DNA of 64,000 bases, from NCBI RefSeq assembly GCF_006345805.1, contig NC_043019.1:25047360-25111359 (forward strand). Direction: 5' to 3'. Position 1 is the first letter of the stretch; each line of letters opens with the position of its first letter. The position numbers and the translations under genes were made by a program. The notes under the pieces were generated by a model that made no database searches, was not told where the DNA came from, and saw nothing but the letters and a program-made list of their open reading frames with translations. The stretch is from Octopus sinensis (taxonomy: Eukaryota). Below are positions 50,080 to 63,109 of this stretch, in pieces.

Positions 50080-50202
50080 ATGGCTGAGAGACGTCCGTTC
50101 GAACACCTACCTTCAACTGTTATACCCGTCAACTATGCCCTGCTTTTCAAACCAGATTTGGAAACATTCAAGTTCACCGGATCCGGTGATATTGATGTCC
50201 AA
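50080..50202 (+). CDS. NPEPPS: Puromycin-sensitive aminopeptidase-like, coding exon 1 (MAERRPFEHLPSTVIPVNYALLFKPDLETFKFTGSGDIDVQ)
   Basis: Closely resembles the PSA N-terminus MPEKRPFERLP..V.P.NY.L.LKPDL..F.F.G. Good Kozak context (gacATGg), in-frame TGA two codons upstream, GTAAGT donor at 50203. Confidence 0.92.
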
Positions 50203-50222
50203 GTAAGTTATAGAGTAAACCT

Positions 50223-51040
50223 TTATATATATATATATATATGTATATATATACATATATATATATGTGTATGTGTGTGCATATATATATATATGTTGTG
50301 TGTGTGCATATATATATGTGTGTGTGTGCATATATATGTGTGTGCATATATATGTGTGTGTGTATATATATGTGTGTGTATATATATGTGTGTGTATATA
50401 TATATGTGTGTATATATATGTGTGTGTGTATATATATATGTGTGTGTGTATATATATATGTGTGTATATATATGTGTGTGTGTATATATGTGTGTGTGTA
50501 TATATGTGTGTGTGTGTATATATGTGTGTGTGTGTGTGTATATATGTGTGTGTGTATATGTGTGTGTGTGCATATATATGTGTGTATATATATGTGTGTG
50601 TGTATATATATGTGTGTGTGTATATATATGTGTGTGTATATATATATGTGTGTGTGTATATATATGTGTGTGTATATATATATGTGTGTGTATATATATA
50701 TATGTGTGTGTATATATATGTGTGTATATATATGTGTATATATGTGTGTGTGTATATATGTGTGTGTGTGTGTATATGTGTGTGTGCATATATGTGTGTG
50801 TGTGTATATATGTGTGTGTATATATATATGTGTGTGTATATATATGTGTGTATATATATGTGTGTATATATGTGTGTGTGTATATATGTGTGTGTGTGTG
50901 TATATATGTGTGTGTGTGTATATATGTTGTATATATATATATGTTGTATATATATATATGTTGTATATATATATATGTGTGTATATATATATATATATGT
51001 GTATATATATATATATATGTGTGTGTGTATATATATATAT
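50223..51040. repeat. About 820-bp mosaic (TA)n/(TG)n microsatellite
   Basis: Almost uninterrupted purine-pyrimidine alternation starting 20 nt after the NPEPPS exon 1 donor. Confidence 0.97.
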
Positions 51041-52857
51041 AATGTGCTGCATCTATGTTGAGAATTTTATTTAGATTTCCTATATTTTTTGAAATTATTC
51101 TGTGTCGGTTTCCTTTTATGAATAAATCTTAAATCCCTTTGCATGGAATTACATTGGTAAGAGACGTGATGATGATGGCCATGTCTTTGCAACCCCCACA
51201 ACACTTTATTTTAAATAAATGTCTGTGGATGAATTTTTAGTGGAAAGGGGAAAAAAAAATGTCTAAAGTTTTGTTGGAAAAAAAACAAAAAAAAAAAACG
51301 CCTGCGACATTTAGTTTCGGCCCTTAAACCATTTTAAGTTCAAACCACACTTTGGGTTTAGTTTTTGCCTTTCATCATCCATCAAGGGTCAATGATGAAA
51401 TTTACTGGGGGGGGGTCTTTTTTTTTTATTTAAATATTTCTCCATCTCTTCTAAATCACCATCCACCATATATATATCAATGGAATTTCCACATGAAACA
51501 AAGCAAGTTGCATAAAATGGAAATCGAAACTGGATCGCCGGACCGGCTTGCCGGAAACTCGCTTTGTAATGCGGCGCCGGCGCTAAAATTGCTGCATTTT
51601 TTTTCCTCACTCATCTTTTTATCATTTTATATATCTCGTTACATACGACTCCATTACTGAACTACACCTCGCCTGTCTTCTTCAAACGTTTCCATGTGGC
51701 ACTCCATAACGCTCCTCCATATTCCCGTCTTTACTACACTCCATCGTGTGTATTTACTATGTCTCCATGTGTCAGGACACAATGTACTCTATCATGTGTT
51801 GTATGTCTACTATAAATGTCAGTGTCAGCCTGTACTCTATCTTCCTCTATAAATATATCCATGAGTCACAGTCTGTATTGTACTCCTTGGTGTATTTGAT
51901 GCTTCTTTATTTGTCAGTTTTTCTGCAGCCTAACGTGTATTTACAGTAAATATCTCCATGTGTACTTTCTACTATTTGTTTGGCCCGAAATCGTTATTGA
52001 AAGGGGGAAATAAAGCCATTATATCAGCACTTTTCAATGATGAATATTTTTAAAGATTTTTTTCTTCTTTATGATATTTTTAATGTCGGTTATTGACGCA
52101 TTTTCTTGTGTATTTCTATCTTAACTCGGCATCGGACCTTCCTCATGCCTTTTTACCATGGTTCCATCTCATCTCTAGCGTGGAATAAATACTTAAAACT
52201 GAAAATTTGAAACTAAACTAAACTTAAATCCACATAATTCGTCCAACCGACGATCGATCCCACACTCACACGTGGTCGCTTGATCACTTAAAAATAACAG
52301 CCAAATCTCCCTTAAATCAAATTTTACATTCTAAAGCATATAACAAAAGAAGCATTAATCCCAGATATATTATTTCTGAAAAAGAAACGGGGTTGTGATA
52401 AGTGAAAAGCTTTTAGTTCCGGCCAGATCTTCTGGGTTAGTCCTGACTTGCGGTTACACAATAGAAGCTAGAGACCGATCTATCATTGAGTTGGACGTTC
52501 AATCCGAACGATTTTTTATTTTTTTAAATTTCCCCCTATTTCGTTGAGAAAAAGTTGTGTAAAAGAAATCACAAAAAAATTGATCCCATCTCCCTACGAT
52601 GGGGATTAAAGTTGTTTTAATAACACTAATTACATAATTAAATAAAGAGCCATTAACCGGTTTGGCTTCGGCGGTTCCTGTGGCGCCAATCAGCGTTAAA
52701 TAACCATTTGAATACAAACATTTCGTTCCCGACTATTATTGATTAATAGCAACTAAAAGTTTTGTAAAACAATTTTTATGTTAAAAAAGATATATTCTTC
52801 TTTATCAATCGGCAACGGTTTGTTTGGGTATTTGGGTAAATTTTTTTTGAGTAACAC

Positions 52858-53172
52858 CCTAATATTTAAAAAAAATTTGAGCAACACCTGTACGATTTTC
52901 ACTAAGAAAAAAAAAGTCGGGTTTTTTGCGTGGAATCAAAGTACCCTGACCTCCTAATATGCTGCAAATCCCTTATTTTTGGTTCGGAAAAAAATGTGGG
53001 ATGGGGCGTCCCGGAATCATTGGAATTTTTTTTTTGTCCGTACCAAAATAGGGGATTTGCTGCATATTAGGAGGTCAGGATACTTGATTCCAAACAATAA
53101 ATCTGAGTTTTTTGTGGGTTTTTTTTCCAAGTGGAAATCGTGCGGGTGTTACTCAAAAAATTTGTTGTTAGG
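52858..53172. mobile_element. Fold-back MITE-like element in NPEPPS intron 1
   Basis: About 60-bp inner arms (52932-52994 / 53030-53091) plus degenerate outer arms; no clear TSD. Confidence 0.7.
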
Positions 53173-53804
53173 TTGGGTCCAATATGAGGTCTTTTAATGT
53201 ATTTCTTTGCTTTATCTAAGTGATGGCCATATCTTGTAATAGTTGACTTTACCTTTCATCGTTTCGGCATCGACAAAAATATGAAACTTCGGGCCATCTG
53301 CCGAGAAAGGAAAATAAGATATGCCTTATGCATTAATAGTGGTAGTTGTATATAATATACATCTGTACCTCTCTACACAACATCCAGTTTATACGCTGGT
53401 AATGTTATTATTGCGATCTTGCCGGTCGAGTGAGAGAGCATCGTAATAATAGTTGTTCGGCGTTTTGGCCATATTGTTCTTACTGAGTTGCTTGATGATT
53501 TCTAGGTTGGGGGACATGGGCCTCCCCTCTACTTTCAGCTTTATAGCAATATTTGGCGATTTCTTTATAGTCTTGGATAATTACGAAATAATTGATATTA
53601 GCACAAAAGACTAGGTTGCACATTCTTAGCAATAACATATGTTAAATTTCTTCCCGGCTCATTTTTAGTCGTAGTTAGACTTAAAAGTTTAAAAAAGTAT
53701 TTAAACGTATTTTTTTTTTGTCAAATATAAATGTTTTCACATACATACACGCAGGTATCTATGAGGAGTCCTCCCAACAAACCATAGGGCATTGAAACGC
53801 CATC

Positions 53805-54420
53805 ATCATCGTCATTTAACGTCCGTTGTCCATGCTGGTATGGGTTGGACGGTTTGACCAGAGCTGGTAAGCTGAGGGGCTGCACCAGACTTTTTCTACG
53901 GCTGGATGCCCTTCCTAACGCCAACCACTCCGAGAGTGTAATGGGTGCTTTTACATGCCGCCAGCATGAGTGCCAAATGCGTGACATCATTATCTGTTAC
54001 GGTTTCATCAGGCACAAATGTTCAAACTGACAAGACCTGGGATGGATAGACTAACATGGAGCTGCACAGACTCCAGATGTTTGTTGAGGGCATAGTTTCT
54101 ACGGCTGATGCCCTTCCTAACGCCAACCACTTACAGTATGCTGGGTGCTTTTCACCTGTCACCGGCACAGGTGTGTTTACGCAGCACTGGCAGGGGTGCT
54201 TTTTAAGTGGCGCTGGCACCTGAAAGGCCAAGCCTGTATATATGGAAGACAGCAATTTTACTTAACTCAACATGTTTTATGAAGTACAGCAAATCAACAC
54301 ATCTCCCCAACCCTTGTCATTTCCTCAGTGTGGCCCAGCATCCCAAAACCCTGTCTCACCACTTCATTCCACGCTTCCTGGGTCTGCCCCTTGCACAGAC
54401 ACAGTTGTCCTCATCCATAA
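53805..54420 (-). mobile_element. RTE-derived 3' end fragments
   Basis: catcatcatttaacgtcc...ggatgcccttcctaacgccaaccact 3'UTR signature, with that core occurring twice. Confidence 0.75.
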
Positions 54421-54479
54421 ATGGAAAATTTTTTTAACAATTCGATGTACATATGTGGCTATGGTTCATTCTTACCAGT

Positions 54480-54660
54480 TTAACCCCTTAGCATTTAAAC
54501 GGGCCATATCCAACCAAAACTGACCTCCCACATATACCTTAAAGTGTCATTCTAAAAATAATTAGTCTCAAAGATACCAGGTGATACAGGAATTTTTAAA
54601 AGGTCGTGGATAAATAAATATTATGGTCAACAAAGTAATCTGAATGCTAAAGAATTAATC
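54480..54660. mobile_element. piggyBac-like MITE family member (TTAA-CCC...TTAA); relatives at about 17040-17220, 18750-18980, 30530-30770, 61960-62120
   Basis: ttaaccccttagcatttaaac...gaatgctaaagaattaa termini and shared internal sequence. Confidence 0.65.
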
Positions 54661-54979
54661 TGTTGTCAAAAAATGAAAGTAAATTTCTGAGAATTGAGTT
54701 ATCTCTCTCCTGTTTCTTGGAAAAGTTTCACACACGCGCATTCACCCCACCCAGTGCCACAAGACTATTAATTTATAAAATGTGTGTGTATGTTTGAGTG
54801 TGCGTTTGACTATTCAGCTTTCTCATGAAACATTAATAAATCAATGTCATATCTATTATTCCAGTCATGATACTTTGGCTCTCTCCAGATTTATACAACA
54901 AATCGAATATATACTTTTCTGCCTTTATTTAGGATTTCACTGGTGTCCTTCCGGCACCCTTTCTCTTGAGGAATTGCTT

Positions 54980-55850
54980 TACTCTGCCTATGCTTTTTCT
55001 CGCTATGCAGTGTGCCATATCACCTTTTCACACTGCCTTGGTGATTTTAGTAACATCATTTGATCTGCAGTGTCAGTTTTGACAACAGTGGCCTTGGTGT
55101 CCAGTCTGCCATAGACTTGGTTCTGCTGGCCTATCTTTCCCCGGTCTCCTCCGGCCGTACCCTCATTGGCGAGATAGTCCAGAATGTAGCTGAACCCGAT
55201 GTGGTCCAGTTACCAGATTTGGCCCTAGCCAATTAGAATGCTAATGGAGTTGTAATCTCCCAGAATATGGATGTCCAATGCAACTGGGAGGACACCAAAT
55301 GCAAGTCCATCCTCAAGCAGCTAGAAACGCCTCTAGACCAGCACCACCTTGCCTGCCTCGCAGCCAAATACTGTCGCATGGCTCAATTTGTTGCCCTCCT
55401 CATCTACAGGTACCCTTCTAGATGATGAGTACTATTGTATTGGTCTCTGCATGTATGAGCTTTGCGAATGTCCCTGTGGGCCAATCCTCCCCGTCGCGCC
55501 ACTCTGAATGATATAATCAGAAAGGTCTTTAACGCAGCTGGTGTCCAATCTCAATGTGAACCAACAGGATAACCGTTTCCCCATTAGAGGGAGGCAGATC
55601 TCTAATCTGGTACATGATGTGCTGCAGCACATTCTCCAGCTGCAACCTGGTGCCACCGCTCAGGAAAATTGGAATATACAGGAGCCGTGCCCATTGCTGT
55701 TGAGACATTAGGTGTTCTAGGACCCTGTACAGTCTATTTCCTCTGAAAAATACAGAGAAATGAACTTGAGTGGCTGCTGCAGCAAATGCTACTGGCCATT
55801 CTCCACAGCAATGTCATTGCTACGAGGCACTGCTGAGCACTGCACTTGTC
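54980..55850 (+). mobile_element. CRE-clade non-LTR retrotransposon 3' fragment, copy 1
   Basis: ICSVSFD...GLGVQSAIDL.L.AYL, LDQHHLACL, GTLLDDE, RHATLNDII, IAVETLGVLGP motifs in shifting frames. Confidence 0.75.
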
Positions 55851-56679
55851 CTGGGATATGTGGACCATCTCCCCCCTTACTTCCACCTTCTGCTTTACTC
55901 TTCCCTAACTTTCCTTTTTCTTGATATCTGTGTGAATCTCAAATTTAACACTTCAAATAAATGTATTTATCCTAAACTAAAAAGTATGTTTGCCCGTTTT
56001 TAATGAACATGAGAAAATTATGACCAACCAGTCAAACAACCACATGTTTCTGCATGATTGCTTTTATCTCTCTGGTCACCACAAGACTTCAAGGCATTAA
56101 CGATGCAGAATGCAACATATCCTGACTTGTTGCACACAAACGCTGCTACCACCCACCCACATACATCAAACTGCATGTTAGAACCTGTGGGAGGATCATT
56201 AGCTTGGTAGAGTGCAAGATAAATCTTGCCACAGACCAGCTACGTAGTTGTGGCTCTTCCTTGACGTTTGACCTATGGCTACACATCAGCAAACAATACT
56301 TGTGTATTTATAAAGAATAAGAGTTTGAAACACTGGCTGAGCCGTAGTTTAAAGGTTTCATTTCAACAATGGACATTGTTAATTTTTTTATATTGCAATT
56401 TGCTTATTAATAACAATGTCAGGTTAAAGGACTTCATCTGGCCAATCACTGCTTCTCTACATTTCTGGCTGCCAGAATAACAAGGGAGTATACAATTTAA
56501 TGCAGAACAAATATCTCAAAGGACTTTGGTCTTGATCATAAAACACTTTTTTTTTTTATATGCAAGTCCATGAAGCCAAACATTAAATCAATCAATACTT
56601 TTTTGTGTTTATTTATCCAGTCATGATACTTTGGGTCTCTCCAGATTTACACAAATCAAATGTGTACTTTTCTGCCCAG

Positions 56680-57480
56680 GTGCCCTTTCTCTTGAGGAAA
56701 CAAACACTTCACTCTGCCTAAGCTTCTTTTCTCGTTATGCAGTGCACCGTGTCATTCTCTCAAAGACTGCCTCTGATTTCAATAACTCCATCCAGTGCTG
56801 TGCCAAACTGATCTGCAATTTCAGTTTTGACAATACTAGCTGTGCTGGCCTGTCCTTCCCTCCCCTCCTCCTGCTGCCCCCTCATCGGTGAGGTACTCCA
56901 TGGAATACCCAAACCTGATGTGGTCCAGGTATTGGAATCAGCCCTAGCTGATGGGCTCGCTATCCCCCAGAATATGGTCATCCAATGCAACTGGGACAAC
57001 ACTAAATGCAAGTCCCTCCTGAAGTGGCCAGAGACATCACTAGACCAGCACCACCTTACCTGCCTCGCAGCCAGGTATTGTTGCATGGCTCAATTTGGTG
57101 CCCTCCTCATCTACTGCTGTCCGTCTTGATTATGAGTGCATCCATATTGGAGTGGCTGAACACCTTCGTCTCCGGCCTGCAGCGTTAATGCAGACCAATT
57201 CCCCAGACATTCCACTTTCAGTGACATAAATAGAAAGAGCATCGACACAACCCGCTTCCCTTCTTGAGTCAGCAGCTCTCAGCCACAGGGACAGTAAGTG
57301 CCCTGACAGGATAATCCACGTGACGTGTAGCGACACATTCTCCAACTCTAACTTTGTAGCGTCTGCTGCAAACCCTGGTGTCATCACCCATAACATAGAG
57401 GTGGAGTGGCCATTGCAGTCATTACCACTGGATGCAACAGAGTACCCCACTTACCCTGGGATATGTGTTCCATCTTTCGC
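56680..57480 (+). mobile_element. CRE-clade non-LTR retrotransposon 3' fragment, copy 2
   Basis: Homologous to copy 1; TCSDTFSNSNFVASAANPG RLE-region motif. Confidence 0.75.
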
Positions 57481-57869
57481 TGCTTTATTCCCCCAACTTT
57501 TTTTTTCTTTTCTTTCCTGTTTCTTGGTCTCTGTGTGAATCTCCAATTTAACATTTTCTTCAAATAAACGAATTTATTCTAATAAAAAAGAAAAGTATAT
57601 TCGTCTGTTTTTAAGGGATGTGAGAAAATCATGACTTGTTTCTCACCGATTTAGCAACCACATAGGTTTCCATACGATTGCCTTTATCTCTGCCCACCAA
57701 AACTCCAGAACACATTCTTTTCTAGCTGCCACAATAAGGGGGTATCCAATTTAATACAGAACAAATATCTCAAGGGACTTTGGTTGTAAAACATTTTACT
57801 TTTTTCTTTTTATTACGTTTGTCAATGAAGGGGCTTTGTTCATAAACCTTTTTTTTCTTAATTTTCTCA

Positions 57870-57899
<30 letters not shown>

Positions 57900-57900
<1 letters not shown>

Positions 57901-58290
57901 CATTATCATCATCATCGTTTGGTGTTCTTAGCGCTCCACTAGCACAGATGCCAGTCATCGAATTTGATTTTGATTTCACTTGCTTCAACAGATCTTCGCA
58001 GGCAGAGTTTAGTGTCCAATGAAGGAAATGTACACATAAGTGGGCTGGTTACACCCCTGGCATAGGCCATGGGTTATGGTCTCATTTGGCTTGCCGGGTC
58101 TTCTCAAGCACAGCATATTTCCAAAGGTTTTGGTCACTAGTCATTACCTCAGTGAGGCCTAATGTTCAAAGGTCGTGCTTCACCACCTCATCCCAGGTCT
58201 TCCTGGGTCTACCTCTTCCACAGGTTCCCTCAACCGCTAGGGTGTGGCACTTTTTCACACAGCTATCCTCATTCATTCTTGCCACATGAC
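57900..58290 (-). mobile_element. RTE LINE 3' end
   Basis: GHVARMNEDSCVKKCH...GTCGRGRPRKTWDEVVKHDL, (GAT)n tail. Confidence 0.85.
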
Positions 58291-59690
58291 CAGACATACA
58301 TATGTTCCAAAGTGCTACATCATTGGAGTGAACCTGGAATGGCATGTTTGCAAAATGAACTCTTTAACCACAACCTCTCTTGTGTAAATTTTGGTCCAAT
58401 ATATATGAATTAGAAGGAGCAATGTCATGGAAAATATTCCTTTAAGATGCTGATTATTGAAAAACATTGACTTCCTCAAACTCACCCCAATCCTACTCCT
58501 GGTAATCGTTCCTTCTAAAGGCTGATGGCCAGAAATTTTGTGGGAGGGATCTTGTTGATTACATTGACCCTCAGTGCTCAACTGATAACCGTTTCATCGA
58601 CCCTAAAAGAATGAAATGCAGGGTTGACATCAGAATTTGTACCCAGAGCATAAACATAAGCAAAATGCTGCTGAGTAACTTACAGACTGCATTATCTGTC
58701 AACCTACTAAATTTAAGTCACAAATCTCCCTCAGCTCACACCCTCTCATCTTTAAAATTGGTCACTCTGCTAGAGTATTCTCGAGAACTCACCCTGTTGC
58801 AACTCCTTTATTCCTTTCTGTTGTACAGAAATAGAATAATTCGACAAGAGCATTCCATCTGAGACCATCCTGCCTATTGACATAATGTATAACAGGTCAT
58901 GTGACTCTAAAACTGATTTCTTATTGGTTCATTTAAGTTTGGGCTCAGAGAACTTGTCTCCTGCAGAACTAATTCATAGCTGTTGCTTGTATTCATTTTT
59001 AGCTAAGATTAATTTAACAATGTGAAATGAAGTCCCTTGCTCAAGGGCACAACATGCTGCCCACCCTGAGAATTGAACCTGCAGCTAGGCTACATGATTT
59101 CACATAGATGTCAGTGCTATAGAGAAATACGATTCAACAAACCTTTGATCGAAACCATTCCATTCATGGCCATCTTCCCTGATAGGTTTGTCAACAGGCT
59201 AAGTGACTACAAAGTTTCTCTCTCTCTCCCATTGGTCCATATATATATTTGGTGTTTAGAGCAATCTGGTGTACTGCTTATGCATTTTTAACTAAAGGTC
59301 ATCAAAACCCCAGGTCCACTGGGTCTGTTTGTTATCGTACCAGTATTAGAGTGTCCATTTTGCAAGATGCATACCTCTCAGTCTTTAATTATTATTATTA
59401 CTAATATTGTTGTTATACATACATACAAGCATATGTAATGATAATAATGGGTGGATGTAAACACATGAACAAAGTTAGAACAAAAGCAACAACAAAAACA
59501 AAATACAAATTACAAGAATGTATATAACCAGAAGATACAAATATTACAGGCATCCCCCACACACACACACTAAATAAACATAGACGCACATAGTGATATA
59601 AGCATGCGCAAATGAAGACATACAATAGAAATACAAAATGGCTGACGGTTAGTAAGGAGAGACACAAGTAAGTGAGAAGAAAACAAAGGA

Positions 59691-59730
59691 CCACTGATGC
59701 GGTCACAGGAGTGTGACGAAAGAACTTTGG
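59691..59730 (+). ncRNA. Candidate minimal hammerhead ribozyme with A9C core change
   Basis: CCA-CTGATGC-G-GTCAC(AGGAGT)GTGAC-GAAA-G(AA)C-TT/TGG. Confidence 0.4.
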
Positions 59731-60075
59731 CCGAAATAAGATTAAGATTAATGTAAAAAATAAATATCACTGAAGCAAAATAACACCAAATATATAGTGC
59801 GTGTGTTTTTATTGGCTAAACTGGCAATATGACCATTCCGAAATATAACAATATCTGTTTCAACACACGACTTCACATAAAAAATCTTGCACAACAAATA
59901 TTTAAACGTGATAACTAAGTTATTTTACTAAATTCTTTGTTATATTTAAAGTAATTGAAAGAAATACAGCGCATCTCAAAATAAATACAGTAACGAAAGG
60001 GTTAATATAGTGTGCAGTTCTTCACACTTTGGCAGTTTTGGATGCTTATACTCTTTGACAAAGGTAGCACATCGT

Positions 60076-60485
60076 TCTCTCTCTCTCTCTCTCTCTCTCT
60101 CGCTCTCTTCATAAAAATAGTTGCACAACTGCTTGATTGACATCTGATACTTAGGCAGATGCATAGTTTATAGCATGGCTGTCGATGCAGCTCTAAAACA
60201 GCAAACTTGTTTAGACCTTTTGCATTGAAATCAGTCATATCCAGCCAAATATTCTTCCTGTTTTATGACAGATTATTCTGTTAATTGTAAAACTCTCTCT
60301 CTCTCTCTCTCTCTTCATAAAAATAGTTGCACAATTGCTTGATAGTGACATGTGATACTTAGGCAGGTGCATAGTTTATAGCATGGCTGTTGGTGCAGCT
60401 CTAAAACAAAGCAAACTTGTTTCGTTCTTTTGCATTGAAATCAGTCATATCTATGACAAATTATTCTGTTAAATGTAAAACTTAT
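60076..60485. repeat. About 200-bp diverged tandem duplication anchored on (CT)n
   Basis: ctcttcataaaaatagttgcacaa...ttattctgttaa.tgtaaaa occurs twice. Confidence 0.85.
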
Positions 60486-60623
60486 TGAGTCATATCATTT
60501 TTTTTTTTATTTTATTGAATGTCATTTTGTTAACATTTTCATAGGAAGAAAAAATTTTAAAAAAGCATTAAAAGTATATAAGATAAAATTACTGAGAAAA
60601 AAAAAATCATAACTATGTCACAT

Positions 60624-61011
60624 AGGAGTGGCTGTGTGGTGAGTAGCTTGCTTACCAACCTAATGGTTTACGGGTTCAGTTCCACTGTGTGGCACTTTGG
60701 GCAAGCGTCTTCTACTATAGCCTCAGGCTGACCAAAGCCTTCTGAGTGGATATGGTAGATGGAAACTGAAAGAAACCCGTCGTATATATGTATATATATA
60801 TATATATATCTGTGTGTCTGTGTTTGTCCCCCCAACATTGATTGAGAGCCAATGCTGGTGTGTTTACGTCCCCATAACTTAGCGGTTCAGCAAAAGAGAC
60901 CAATAGAATAAGTACTAGGCTTACAAAGAATAAGTCCTAGGGTTGATTTGCTCGACTAAAGGCGGTGCTCCAGCATGACCAGAGTCAAATGACTGAAACA
61001 AGTAAAAGAGT
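60624..61011 (+). mobile_element. Family B SINE in NPEPPS intron 1
   Basis: Head and tail, several CpG to TpG/CpA changes. Confidence 0.9.
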
Positions 61012-62489
61012 ATCAACAAGGAAACAAAGATAAAATATAAAAAAAAGGAGAGGAATTAACCCTTAGGAAATGACAAGGCTGATCTGTTGGCCCAAAAGTC
61101 GAATGATGAAGAAGATTGTATTAGTTCATTCAGTTTCCTACAAGACTATGTATACAGTAATCCCTTGCCATATTGCAGTTCATCTATCCTGGTTTATTAC
61201 TTAAGCTTACATCAATTCCTCCGTGGTGTGATTTTGCAGTTACAATAAAATAAATATATACAAATTAGAAATATAATTTTTAAAAATATACTTTGGATTT
61301 TCACCTGTCGTGGGTGGGTTTTGGAACATAACACTCATGATAGTCGAGGGATTACTGTAGTTTTTGTATGTAAAGTAATTTATATTTTATAATTTTTTAA
61401 AAAAAAGAAGTGCATGCCCTCTGTGGGGTTTGTGAAAAGGGATTCATCTTCATGGCACTGACGCTCCTAATGAGGCTCCATCTCCAAAGGGTTAAGCAGC
61501 AGAACCTGGGTGGGGGAAGCAACTGGTTGTGGGCCCCAGAACAAATGATGTGTTCAGCTATGCCTTCCAGTTATGATTGCAAAAGCGTTGCCATGGAGAA
61601 AGGCCAGTGAAATTCACTACAAGAGCTACCTCACCTTGTGGGGTTCGTTTCTCAGACAGACCATGGTTATCCTGATTTTGTGGAGGAAATCAGCAGTGTA
61701 GGATCTGAGAACATCTGAAGTCTCAATGGTGACCTGCACAAACTGATAAGTCAGTCAGACTCCTAGGCGGCCCAGTTGGAGCTGAATATGTCCCAGATTC
61801 GGAATCTGCCGCCTTCATATGGGAAGAGGATTATTTCCATCAGGGCAGCATCCTCGCTGTTGTGATGTGTCGCAAGTCGTGTCGAGACCCCTTCTAATTA
61901 TGTCGTTCGGAGCAGTGTCGGGGGAACCAGCCCACACTATGAATGCAGGCCAAAGTTTTGAATTAATTTTGCATTATCTTATAACTTCAAAATTTCAAAG
62001 ATGTGATTACTTTTAGAATGACATTGCATGGTAAGTACAAGAAGCTGGATCTGGCCAGTTTGAACATAGAACAGGTAGAATATTTGGGCCAGATCTTGCC
62101 AGTTTAAATGCTAAAGGGATGAATGCAAATTAGCAAATGACCCCCCCCTCTCCTGCACTTTAAGTGAATCTAACATTAAATGAAATAAAAATAAAGTTTA
62201 AAAGAGTTAAAGTTTATCCAAAAGACACATATCTATAGAATAACAATTAAATCAAAAATCTAAATCCAAAATTTACTTGCATATTGCCCTGGTACCAAGA
62301 TTTTGCTTCTGCAAGATCCTTCTTCACAGAAACCCTTAAATTTAATTTATTTTTCAGTTTTTCAGGAAACTGTCAAGTGGAAATGTTAATACATTGCAAT
62401 TTAGTTGGAATCAGTCGATTTTGGCTGACCGTCACTTCATAAGCCTGGTTGTTTTAACCAACTGACCACTCATCTTGTTTCTGTTGTAG

Positions 62490-62565
62490 ATCAAAGAACC
62501 TGTTGAATCATTCAAGTTAAATGCTGCTGAACTTACTGTTTCTAAAGCTTCTTTCAAGTATGAAG
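62490..62565 (+). CDS. NPEPPS: NPEPPS-like coding exon 2 (IKEPVESFKLNAAELTVSKASFKYE-G)
   Basis: ttgtag acceptor, GTGAGT donor, phase 0 to 1. Aligns to the PSA VRQATNQIVMNCADIDIITASY segment. Confidence 0.85.
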
Positions 62566-63109
62566 GTGAGTTCTGGTTTGTAATGCTTTATAATGTTAGT
62601 GTTGTTGAGTCCCAGATCAGTCTTTATTTGACCATCTCTCGTCAAAAACTATCATATCTGGTGTGTCTTTGTTTTAAGATGATAGGTTTTTAAGAGAAAT
62701 TTTGTTATTTCTAGCTGACTTTGGTGTACATTGTGAACCATGCAAGTTATTTAACTTTAAATCTTATGGCTCCTTGAAAATATATAACTTTTCTTTCTCT
62801 CCTTACAAAATTTTTTAATGCTAGAAACCTGAAATTTGTTTAAAAATATGAAAATGTCACATTCATACCTTTCCCCAAAGCACTAGTAGTGTATATAGCT
62901 AATGCTTTTTGAGAAAGGCAGATAGCTTCTGTTGAATTTAAATTTTGATTGATACCATAGCTTGCTGAGACACTCTCTCCTGCTCTCTGGAGATGGGATC
63001 CCTCTGAAATTATAGATCTATAGACAATAGGCAGTACCCAACAACAGAACACTGCTAGATATTAAATATTATCACACCTGTTCACTGTTGGAAATCTTAT
63101 TTATTACAG

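Noticed and set aside
50080-51074. Long ORFs of 188-320 aa (YIYICVCV / HTHIYT)
   Set aside because: Translations of the TA/TG microsatellite; only 50080-50202 is real coding sequence.
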